From Sphagnum compactum (Eukaryota), in assembly GCA_965153455.1 (NCBI GenBank), contig OZ234494.1:4588001-4652000 (forward strand): DNA of 64,000 nucleotides, written 5' to 3'. The notes beneath the pieces are model-generated. The model had not been told where the DNA came from and did no database searches. It saw nothing but the letters and a program-made list of their open reading frames with translations. Both the position numbers and the translations under genes were made by a program. Shown here piece by piece: positions 53,516 to 64,000 of the stretch; the stretch's first letter is position 1; each line of letters opens with the position of its first letter.

Positions 53516-54218
53516 GCTAAAAAAACACAAAGAGTAGTTCAGGGGCTCACCTCTTAATGTTGTTGTCTGTAGCTGGTCCAACACTCTCTACAACTACTTC
53601 AAAACTCCAATGCTCTCCTTAGCTCCTACACAACTGCAAAGGTCTTCTAAGTTCCAAAGGTCTCCTGAATTCCAAAGCTCCATACTAAATATAGATTTAG
53701 AAAATGAAGTTAGGGTTTATGGTGGCTGATAAGGTTTAGGTAGAGATAGTAGGTAGGTAGGAGGGAGTAGGTATGTATGAAAAAATTTGCTGGAGTGAGG
53801 AGGCTTACAGAATGCTGGGCAGGGAGGGGGAAAATAAAAATTGCCTGCTTGGATGGGTCTGGGTTCATCCCAAACGGCCAGAACGGCCTCATCCCGAACT
53901 GGTTCACAGGCGGCTGCTGGTTCACTCCAGCGGATGAAACTCAATTTATCACCAAAATTGGTGGAAAAAGTAGTTTGGGTCCCAGTTATTTTGTTTTGTA
54001 AAATTCCATTCCCAGTTACGCATTTGATGCATTATTATGCCGAAACTGGCCGTTCTCGCCCCCTAATCGCCTGATTTATGGATAACTTTTCTCCACTACC
54101 AAATTCATAATTGTTTTATCTAGATTTGATTAAAGTTTGCTGTACAAAAAGGGAACTTGATGGGAACCCCAAAAAAAATCCAAAAAATTCAACCCCCTTG
54201 AGAAAAATTCAGTGCAAC

Positions 54219-54227
54219 AAACCCTAA
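54219..54227 (+). promoter_or_regulatory. Telo-box (AAACCCTAA) in the WASHC4 proximal promoter/leader
   Basis: Exact motif ~100 bp upstream of the ATG; reverse-orientation tagggttt motifs also occur in TFIIF intron 1 (~3162, ~3371). Confidence 0.4.
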
Positions 54228-54322
54228 TCACATCAGTCCTGCAATTTGCTTGGAAAGAATTGAGGAAGCTGGAGATTCTTAGAGTTTAGTTGGCGGAGAA
54301 AAGAGACGGACTTTTAGCAACG

Positions 54323-57300
54323 ATGGTAATTGTGGAGCGGAGTGATGCTGCTGCAGCATCAGGAGCATCAGGAGGAGGAGGAGGAGGAGGCGGATTGATA
54401 GTGGAGGAGCAGCAAGAGAAGCTGCGCAGGTTTGTGGATGAATGGCGAGGCCAAGTGTCAGAGACAGTGGAGAGATTAGCAGACAATGGATTGATGGGTG
54501 TTGTTGCTTCTACCAATGTTGGAGACATCAACCATGATCCTCTTCATATCACCACTGCCTGTTCTGATGATCATCATCATGATGTCACAGTTCTCGATAT
54601 CATTCCAACCAAGAATCTGTTCAGCAAAGTGATGACTGTGTTGTCTTTTGACTGCCTCCAGATCGCTCGTCTGCGACAACTGGTCTGAAATCCAATCCAA
54701 TCCATTCCACCCTTTTGTTATTCTTGCTTCCTTTGTTCAACTCCCATGAATTCAATCTCCCTTTTATGGGAAACTTAGGTTATATATGGATCTTCCAAAT
54801 CCTAAAGGGAGCTCCATCAGATGCTCACACATCTCATCACTACAGGGTGGTAACGTTGTTCTCTTTGAGAGAGAGTGCTGCCATTTTGAGAACCTGGGTA
54901 TGAGGATTAGGGTTTTCATATCAAGGAGGACAAAAGGATTTCCAGCTCATGAGATCAGATGTAGGCAAATCCACCACCTGCAGTTTGGCAGAGTGTTTTT
55001 TTTGGTTCCCTTGGTTTCATCATGGGATGTGTGGAAGAATTTGCAGCTCCCTTTCCATGTTTCACAGGATACAAACCTAAAAGCTGGAGCTTTCCTGGGA
55101 TTCTAATCCCCCCAAAAGATTGTGAAGATTTCTTTTCAAACTGGAAACAACCCCCCTGGGAAGAAAAGCATTGTGGGAGTGATTACAGTTTGTTGAATTG
55201 ACTAACTATGGTTTTTTTTTTGGGTGTCTTGCCCCCAAGTGCAGGCGCTCAGGAAGTTTTACCCACAACTGCTTGTTTTTGGACTGCGACCCAGTGGAGA
55301 AGAAGTTCCACTAGAAGGAGAGCTACAGAAGACTTTTGCGAGGTCATTAGTGTTTTTCGATGAGCTTCTCAACTTTGTGTCTGATCTGCAAGCAGTCATT
55401 GTGAACCTGGTGCAGCAGTTGGGAGCCATCTACACAAACAATAGTCCTCCCAGCCTGTATTCCTCTTTCACCTCCGTGCATTTGCAAACAGCATTTTCAT
55501 CCCTGGCTGATGGATTTGCCGTGCTTGTCACCATCGATGAAATTGTTGCCCAAAATTTGACCATTGGCCACACCATGTCCCTTTTCACAAGGTTACCTGT
55601 CTGTCTGCCTGCCTGCTTCTCTCCTCCCTCTCTCTGCATTCTGGTACTTCAGTGATCAGTTGCAGTAACAACATTTCCTCTATCCCTCAGGAGATGATGA
55701 TGGAAGTTAATAGACATGTAATGTTGTTGCAATGCAATGCTCAAGTGTGGACTCATTGTGGGAGTGCAGAATGCTCCACTCAGTAAGAAGTGAGCCATCA
55801 AGGTTTGGGATGGCAGCAGAGCATGTGGAGGAATTGGACCGAGCTGTAAACGATATGGACAATGTGTTGATAACTGGGCTTTTCCAGGTGCCCTATTCTT
55901 CTCATCCATGCAGCTTTCAGCTTGACACTATGAACATAAAGTCAATGGTGGTTCAAGGCTGCTGCTGCTGCAAGTCCCCACAGGTTGTTGCATGTTGGAA
56001 ATGCTTGTCATGGGCAAACTGAAAAATATGGGAGTGTTTTTCTGTTGTAGAGGTGCTTGCAAGAGAATTTTGCTTTGCATCCGGAGATGGTAAATTTGAA
56101 GGCAAACCGAGTTTTTCTTGATGAGGTTGCAGTATGCCTACGTGACAGCATTGGTCAAGTCCTCTCTCGACTTGGTGAGCATGAAAGGCCCATCTCCCCA
56201 CATCTATATACGTTGCTCACATGGAGCACATCTGGTATACAAGATGTGATGATATAGGGAGAGGATAATGTCTGGTTTCAGCCAACAAAATTTGATATTT
56301 TCTCTGGAAGATATGGACAAGTTTCAGGTGATGTCATGTGCAAAACAGATACAATCCGGGAGCCAACTTATGAACGGGAGAAGCTTGCAAGTCTACTTGC
56401 TTTGTTTGTTTTCTACTCCTGGATGACTGGTATTACACTCTACCAGTTGTGTTATTATCCTGATGGATAGAGCAAATCTGCAATTGTGTTAATTGGAAGT
56501 GGCGGCTGTACACATGTTTGGGAACTGATTTTGCCCATGTCGGTCAGTTGTGGATGAGAAGCAGAAAATTCACCAATTGGGTTGGATGGCATGTCATCAC
56601 AGTGGATTCTGGGCCTGAAAAGAAGCTCACCAAACTCATCTCTGAAGTCTTGAAGCGTGCACCTGTACTACATCTCTTTGGCAATATACATCTGCTCCCT
56701 GTGGATTTTCTAGGGACCCAGCTCCCCTCATCAGCTCTTGCTTCAACCTTTATTAAGGAAGCTCAAAAGGAGGCCAGTACTGTCAAGACTGCTTACTTAG
56801 CAAGCCTTGATGAAGATCTTACCAGGTATGAATTGCTTATGGAACCTTCACTAAAAGCAGCTTTTAAGGTTCTATCCATCACATGAGGAAGTAGGTTTTG
56901 CTATTGTGTCAGAACTCTAAGGCAGTAGTACACCCACCTTTGTTAGGTTTCCAGGGGCAGGCAGGTGCCAATGGTTCATATGGGAGCTCTGTTCTTGTAA
57001 CAAGATGTTTGCAGCTGATTTGGGATTGAATGGAGATGTTACTCTTTGTTTGTGTCAGGAGTGCACCAATTCTGCAAAATGGGTTGGTGAACTGGCTTGT
57101 GTCATTTGACTCAACAGTGTCACCAATGGTAGCATTTCTTCTCTTCATGCCTTTGCAGATGGATTGTGTGTGTTTATTTGCTCACTTTATGGTTCTGTCA
57201 TTTCTCTGCCCCTTGCTTTTTGGATTGGGTTTTGTGCCGTTCCACAATTGGCTCACTCCACTGATGATAATGCAGGTACAGCAACTAGCAATTCATGCAA

Positions 57301-59300
57301 TGCTGGGACTAAGACTGAAGCAGCTCGCTCAGGTAGTAGCTTTCCAGCTAGTCCTCTCCTACCTTACAGTTCGCTTATCCATTTCCATCTGCCAAGGTTG
57401 TTGGGTCATGCTGGTTAACGCATATTCAGTTATGAAGATGCTGAACTGCATTGCTCGGTGTGTGAAAAGGGTGTGTTCTTAGGAAACAGACTTTGCCACA
57501 TTGTGCGAACCACTATTCAATGGCATTTGTCTCTGGAGGTAAGGGGGTGTTTTAAAGTAGATATTGCACTTCCATTTGTGGCAGTTCCCCTGAGATTATT
57601 CCAAAATTGTATGTTGCATTTATTTTCTTTGAGACCTCCTATGTCCTTTGAATTTTTGGCATCATTGTGATTAGGGGTGTATTGTGGAGTCACAAGTGAT
57701 TTGTTCATGAAATCTGATCGTCAAAATGCTCGGGGGATGCTTCACAGGAACCTTTAAGTAAGGAACAAGTACGGAGACTGCAGCATGCTGCTGAATTTCT
57801 GAAGGTATTATCATCCACCTTCCAATCTGGGAAAAAATTCAATGGATAGAAGAAAAGTCTACTATTGTTCTTTTATCCGCAAAATGTGGTGAAAATACTC
57901 ATTTACTTATCACTACAAGAGCTTGAATTCCCACACCCAAAGATTGCAGAATAATATATTATCAAGAGACTTTTTGCATTTTTTTGTCTCTTGGGGTGGG
58001 TCTCAAAAGGCAGTGAGGACAGCATATTACAGACGGAGTAAGGAGACTACACAAGGCATGCCCCACATGATTCAATGGGGTCAGGCTCAGATTCGAAAGC
58101 AGCTCCTTCCTCTTAAGGTAAAAAAGTCAGACACCTCTCCATCCTGCAGGCTCACTGCTCCCATGCTCAAACAAAGATAAAAACTTTCATATCCTTGAGT
58201 ATGCAAAATTCCGATCTTTTGAAGTCCAATGTGGTGGGTTGTGTGGGTGGGCACACAAGGCTGGCTTTTTGAAACTTGTATACTCGTCAACCAAAGTCTT
58301 TTGCAAAATCTAGTCCTATGATCCAGCCCACAATGTCTCTTAACACTATTACCCAATGCTTGTTTGGAGCTCTGTTGATCTGCTAAACAGCATGAATGGG
58401 CAACTTCTCTTTCTGTATGATAATAGTGGGTAACAGCAAAATGAAGGAGAATGGATGTCATTTACAATCCATGATGCATCCATCCATGCAGGCCCAACTG
58501 GAAGCTGACTTGGTTGCAAACTCCAAAGCTAGTGGTCTACAGCTTCTTGCACGCTCTCTCACTCGTGGGTTTTTCTTTCCCTCTCACTCTCGGTGTGAAT
58601 AAATGGCAATCAAAATATGACCAGCTTCAGAATGCACATTCCTGACATTTCCTTCAGACAATGGCTTGGTCATGATTTGGTTATGTGGGGGGAGAATTTC
58701 AACCTATACTCCACGCGTAGGACTACTGATGTTGATTTGGTCCTCGTTTTGGTTGCTGTAATTTCTGAAAGGTGGGAAGGATCTTGACTCAAAAATCCGG
58801 GATGCATTGTCTGCAGTAAGTGATTGTCATTCTCTTTGATACTTATTACCTATAGATTCCTTGTACCTCTGATGGGTTTTTCCCAAATGTTTATGTATGG
58901 ACCTTGATGTTTCAGGGTAGCTGAAGTGATGAAGTGTCAGTTCTCTGTGATGGATGATGAACTGTGACGTATCCTTGATGATCTTGGATCTTGATGAACC
59001 TGGGGTTTTGTAACTTCTCAAAAGCTGATGGAGCCTTGTGCTGTAAACTGATCAGGAGTGGGCAATGGATGGTTGGGTGTTTTTGCCAGGTTAGTCTGGC
59101 TCTGGAGACACTCCAAGGCCAGCCAAGCTTGCAACACCGCATTGTCTTGCGTCTTTGTCTTGAGGCGCTCTTTGGGCTTGTGGGTTCCATCATCTTTGTT
59201 GCAACTTGTTTTCAATCCACTTCTCTCATATTGCCTTTTTGTCATTGATGTCCAAGTCTGCCTTTCATACTTCCAGTAAGAATGGGATTTCTATGCACAG

Positions 59301-59338
<38 letters not shown>

Positions 59339-62300
59339 CTGTTGATAGTCTTGTGTAAATTGCAGCAGAGGAGGCTACCAGAGGAGGCAGTTGGAGGGAT
59401 ATCGGAGATGTGTATGCTGGTGGACACAGCAGCTGAAATCCAGGAGCTTGTAGAAACAGCAACAGATTGCAGCTTTTTGTATTGGTGTAGAGGGATGATG
59501 CCCACATGCTTTTCCTTGCTCTATTCTCAGACGAATGAGGCCCACAGCCTTCAGTATTTGGTAATGGCATTTCAAGATGGCATAAAGCTGCTAGAATTGG
59601 GTCATGCAGAGAATGACGTGATCAATTCATATGAAGAAGAGATGGAAAATGCCATCAGCAATGTAAGGTTCACCTTAGTGTGTACATCTCTCTTTGCATC
59701 ACAAAATTAGATTCTCTGCCAAAAGAACCTTCAAGGTGGTTGGTTGTATATCTCACAGAGTAACAAAACAGTGCAAAATGGATCTACTCCTCCATCATCA
59801 CTGTGGATCCAAGACAGATGAAAATGATTTGTGGCTTTTGTGAAGAGCAGGAAGTGGTAACACCACTGTGTCGGGATATTGAGACTGATTTACGCCTACA
59901 TGTTCACTCTGCCCATCTCAAGGGTACAGTAAACATCAATCCCACCAAGGTAAATCTAAGGGTGCACCACCATCTTTGTTTTTCTCATATGTGGGAACCT
60001 TGTTTTTTCTTTGTATTGAAAATCTCAGCTCTTGGTTCTATATGAGAATTTGTTAAATCAAGGCAATTTGAATGCAGGATCTTCATCTGAATCAAGCCTG
60101 CCCTTTTGTTAAATTTTCAATCTTTAGTAATGCTGTGTAATTCTTGGCAGACTGGTGTTCGGGATTTGTCGTGGTTTCTTCAAGTTCAGCCACTGAGGCT
60201 GGCATCCAAGTACATTCACATCAAGAACCATGTGGAAAATTATCTGAATGCTGCATTTTACAACCATGCCGCTGTCTCTCTCCATAACTGGAAGGTGAGA
60301 GGCAAGGTTGTTATGGACTGGTGGGAGCTTGCACTAGACTGATGAGAGAGGGATTGGGGAGTAGTCACACATTATCAGGATTTGTGTTTTAACCTGTGTC
60401 GGGGATACTCTGCCAAGTGCAAGCTAGTCTCTTCTTGATAATTCATTGGGTGGGCAAGAGGTGATTGATTGAATGACTGCAGACATATGGGGAGATGCGA
60501 CAACTTGCCGAACAGAAATATGGATTGGAGCTGGACAATTTACATTTACCTTGCCAGACACTGGAGCAGGGTGTCGATGTCTTGGAAATCATGCGCAACA
60601 TTCATATCTTTGTTGCCTCCTATACGTACAATCTCAACACTCAGGTCACAACTTGGGTTCATACCCACACACCACCTGAATGTTTTTCCACATTGTCAAC
60701 TGTATGTTCATTTGTGTGACCAGTACCATCTTGTGGTTATGGTTGTCACTTGGTGTTTTTCATGTGAAAACTCCCCCAGTGGCATTGTCTGTATGAAGTC
60801 TACAAAATGTTTTCATTGATATATGAATTTACTTGAGAAGCACACGGGAAATGTTTGTGTAAACAGTAGAAGAAAGAATGCAGTGACACTCTCTCACAGG
60901 TGATGATCTTGAGAATGCAGGTGTTTATAGAAAGGATGACAAATGCATCCTACCGTAAACATATCAACACCATCAGCGTGAATCATGTGGCCAACTCCAT
61001 ACGCACACATGGCACTGGCATCATCAGCACAACTGTCAATTTCACCTACCAGTACCTTTCACACAAGTTTATTGCTTTCTCTCAATTTCTGTTTGATGAT
61101 CACATCAAGTCACGCCTTGTCAAGGAGCGTCGGTTTTTCAAGGTAACCCTCACTTGACCCCTGTTTGTCTTGGTGGTTAAAACAGATGCATAACTAAGGG
61201 TTGGGTGTATTACAAATAGCTGTGTTGGGTGTAAGTTCCCAACTGTCCTGCTGATGTCCCTCTCCAATCCCTGCAGTTACAGTGTAGTTGCAGTCCGGTG
61301 ACAATGTGACTAATCAATTGTTTTTACAGGCTTGAAAGAAATATTGCTCCAGGTCTTTGCCCATGTATTTGAAAGGTCCAATTCTCATAGATGGGTACCA
61401 CTGATGGCAGGAAACCAAAGGGAACGAAAGGCAGGAGTATCCTGTTGCAAGGGCTCAAAAACTCAATTTGGAGATCAGAAAACTGGGAATCACCGAGAGT
61501 GGCCAAAGCTATTTGGACCAGTTCCGGCAGTTGATTGCTGAGATGGGAAATGCCCTTGGCTTTGTGCGGATGGTACGCTTGGGAGGTCTCAGTTACTGTA
61601 GTGCCACTTCTGGGTATGTGCTGTTCAAACAAAGTTCACTTCTGGAAATTGCAACTCTCTACAGATTTGTATACGCTCTTCAGTATAATACTGAACATAG
61701 TTTTGGGTCTGGCAGTTTTGTGCAAGAAGGCAAGAATATCAGCTTTGAGCTAGCTTCTAAGGACCTTGGCATGTCACCAGAAACCATACAAGCAGGGAAA
61801 TTACTGGACACTGCTTTGGAGACTCAAAATATGTCATTGGATGGCACAAATTACTTCAACATACTTGTCAATGTTTTTTCTCAGGTTGGTCACCAAATCC
61901 TGGATTAAGAAGTAGGTACAGAGTGAGATTTTTTGTCCTGCAAGGATGGTACATTGTGGAAGCGTTAAAGGAATTTTAATTACTGGATCTTCAATTCAGA
62001 GAGTCACTGATGTTTTTTCTGGACCTTTTTTTGTTTGAGTCTATGGAGAAAAGTGACAGGGTCAGTTGCTTTGGAAAAATCTTTAGAGCAGTGACGTGAC
62101 TTTTTTGTTACTTGGAAATACAGGAGCTGCAGAGTGATGGTAATGTGCACTTAAAGGATTTTTTCCTTGTAGTGCCAGCACTCATGATAAGTGCAATTGA
62201 AGCAATGCTGCAAGCTAAAGACAAGCTCTTCAAACGCAGCCGCACCTCTGCAGATTCCCTCTTCACAGATGATGGTTTTGTCCTTGGAATTGCCTATCTT

Positions 62301-62961
62301 CTTAAGGTGGGATATTCATTGCTGCCCATCCACCAAATTTTGGTTTTCAAATGAAGAGCTGTAATCCATCACTAGGACCAACAAGGACCACACTCTTTGA
62401 AGCTCCATCGATGTGGTATTTTTTATAGTAACAATTTGTACAACAGAGTCTGCAGGTGAAGATTGTCACAAATGTGTTTTACCCATTTGCCAATGCTTTA
62501 TCCTGCATGACAACAGGTGCTAGGACAAGACAAGCAGTTTGATTCACTGCATTGGTTTGAGAGTGCAAGGAAACACTATAGGGCTGAGAAGGCACGCTTG
62601 GAAGAAGGCCTGGACACTGACAGTAACACCAGTGGACTCCCTGGCCTTCAGATATGGAGCCAAAAGCTGGCATCCATTTCTGACGCAGATGTCCAAAACA
62701 TGCAGCTGGTCTGTCTCCATTTCCTACCTCCACATGGATTTGTAAGTGTGTATTGAGATCTTTTGGAATCACTGGAAGGTGCAAGCAAGCAAGAAAAATT
62801 GCAGCATGGGTTGTGTGTGCTTGGGAATTTCTCTGGGATGAGAAGCTGTGACATCTTGGTGGGTGGGAAATTGCCAGGCAGTGAAGCGAGTGGCAAGCTA
62901 CTTGATGGAGCTTGAGCTTACTGACTACAACCTGACCGGAGCCCGAATATTCTTTCTATGA
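54323..62961 (+). CDS. WASHC4: WASH complex subunit 4 (SWIP / KIAA1033 homologue), 24 exons
   Basis: Exons 54323-54682, 55245-55591, 55770-55887, 56051-56174, 56349-56429, 56603-56825, 57059-57128, 57276-57332, 57470-57538, 57748-57804, 58010-58117, 58492-58564, 58772-58815, 59090-59179, 59366-59662, 59851-59949, 60151-60294, 60483-60644, 60921-61142, 61411-61613, 61716-61884, 62124-62306, 62517-62708, 62878-62961 (GT-AG). Hallmark motifs [97 protein letters not shown]. Confidence 0.93.
59304..59332. repeat. (GA)n microsatellite in a WASHC4 intron
   Basis: Uninterrupted gagaga run. Confidence 0.9.
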
Positions 62962-63489
62962 GGAGGTAAACATCATCAAAGCGTTTTGTGCGCAATTTTC
63001 TCTCACTGATATTAGACACCAAGTTCAGGCGAGTACATACCCAACAAAAGACATCAGGTGAGTGTGTGCCAACCCACATGGGTATCTTGCATCTGTAAGG
63101 ATACAGTGAGTTGAGCAGACACTTCACACATTCATTATGGACTGTGTTCACTGTGACAAACTTGTAACTATAGTTCTGGTTCTTCTAAACCAGATGACTA
63201 GGACAGAATTCACCTGGCACATCCTTAACAACTCCTTACTGATGATGCCCTTTACCAGGAGATCCATCCATCAGATCTTCTTATTGTTTGAACTGGAAAA
63301 ATCCAGACTGTTGTCCTGAATCCAGATCAACCTTCTGATCTGAAATTGGATAGTCCATACATTGTCTAGAGCTAGATTTGTGAACAGAGGTAGTTGGTTC
63401 TGAGAAGGGGCATTATGTTGGAGTTCCCCACAGTGATACCGTCACCTAACTCAATGGAAACCTGATTGAATTCATTCCCTGGATCCAAC

Positions 63490-64000
63490 ATGGATGAAGT
63501 TGATGACACAAATGCAGTGGTCATACATGTGAATGAAAATTGATTTTGTTGATGAATCTCATCTCTTGGATGAATGTGTGTACAATTTGTTTGATGACTG
63601 GTACCTTGCACGAATGAAATTATGTTCTTGGATGAAATTATCACACATGAAATTGACCATATGAACCAAAATAACTACAGGAGAAAGCTAGATGGTAGAG
63701 CATATTGTATTCATGGATGAACTTTCTCCAGATGGATGCAAGTGGTCATATGGATGGAATTTTGAAATGGATGAGCGAATTATCCTTAATATGAAATTTT
63801 GATCACAAGGATGAAACATGTAGGGATGAAATTAATGACATGGAAAATCAGGCTATATGAACTGAATTGATAACAAAGACTAATAGGAACACATGGATTT
63901 GGAAAACATGATGAAATTGGGCATTAGTGAAGATGAAAATCTGTCAATGGAAATCGATGTATGGATGATAAAAAATATCACCTAGATGAAATTCAATTTA
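63490..64000. repeat. Degenerate GGATGAA(A) motif array, running off the window end
   Basis: More than 10 dispersed (t)ggatgaa / gatgaaat motifs at irregular spacing. Confidence 0.6.

Larger units (their letters stand above)
47376..53932 (+). mobile_element. Mutator-like (MULE) DNA transposon, decayed, full-length
   Basis: Perfect 9-bp TSD GATGAAACT (47367-47375; 53933-53941). Degenerate TIRs ggccagagtgaaccatcagccaccaatgcactagttc vs the reverse complement of the right end, cgctggagtgaaccagcagccgcctgtgaaccagttc. CCTA-rich left and TAGG-rich right subterminal tracts; internal transposase. Confidence 0.85.

Noticed and set aside
63000-63490. Possible 3' end of a minus-strand gene
   Set aside because: No sustained ORF or recognisable peptide; more likely the WASHC4 3' UTR or flank.

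Overview
AT-rich eukaryotic nuclear DNA from a land plant, most likely a moss (Sphagnum-like; inferred from gene content, intron style and repeats, not verified). It holds three intact + strand genes: a 9-exon TFIIF large subunit (RAP74, 2801-6824), a single-exon J-domain protein of the plastid DnaJ11/'WETDQCW' type (37054-38067) and a 24-exon WASH complex subunit 4/SWIP (54323-62961). An orphan ABCG/PDR exon lies near the start. Between the genes are nested transposons whose ends can be read from the sequence: a hAT element (10479-16004, 8-bp TSD), a solo LTR (20427-21355, TSD ATTTG), a decayed CRE-like RLE non-LTR retrotransposon (~23900-29800), and a Mutator/SWIM element (47376-53932, 9-bp TSD) head-to-head with a second copy, plus several MITEs and Helitron-like repeats. 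The most unusual feature is a young 2455-bp TG...CA insertion (26715-29169, TSD GGTAT) that splits the CRE element and carries its own intact, CpG-rich 137-aa ORF of no recognisable family. The Mutator element also carries an array of hairpin repeats and clusters of a GCGGGTATTGC motif.
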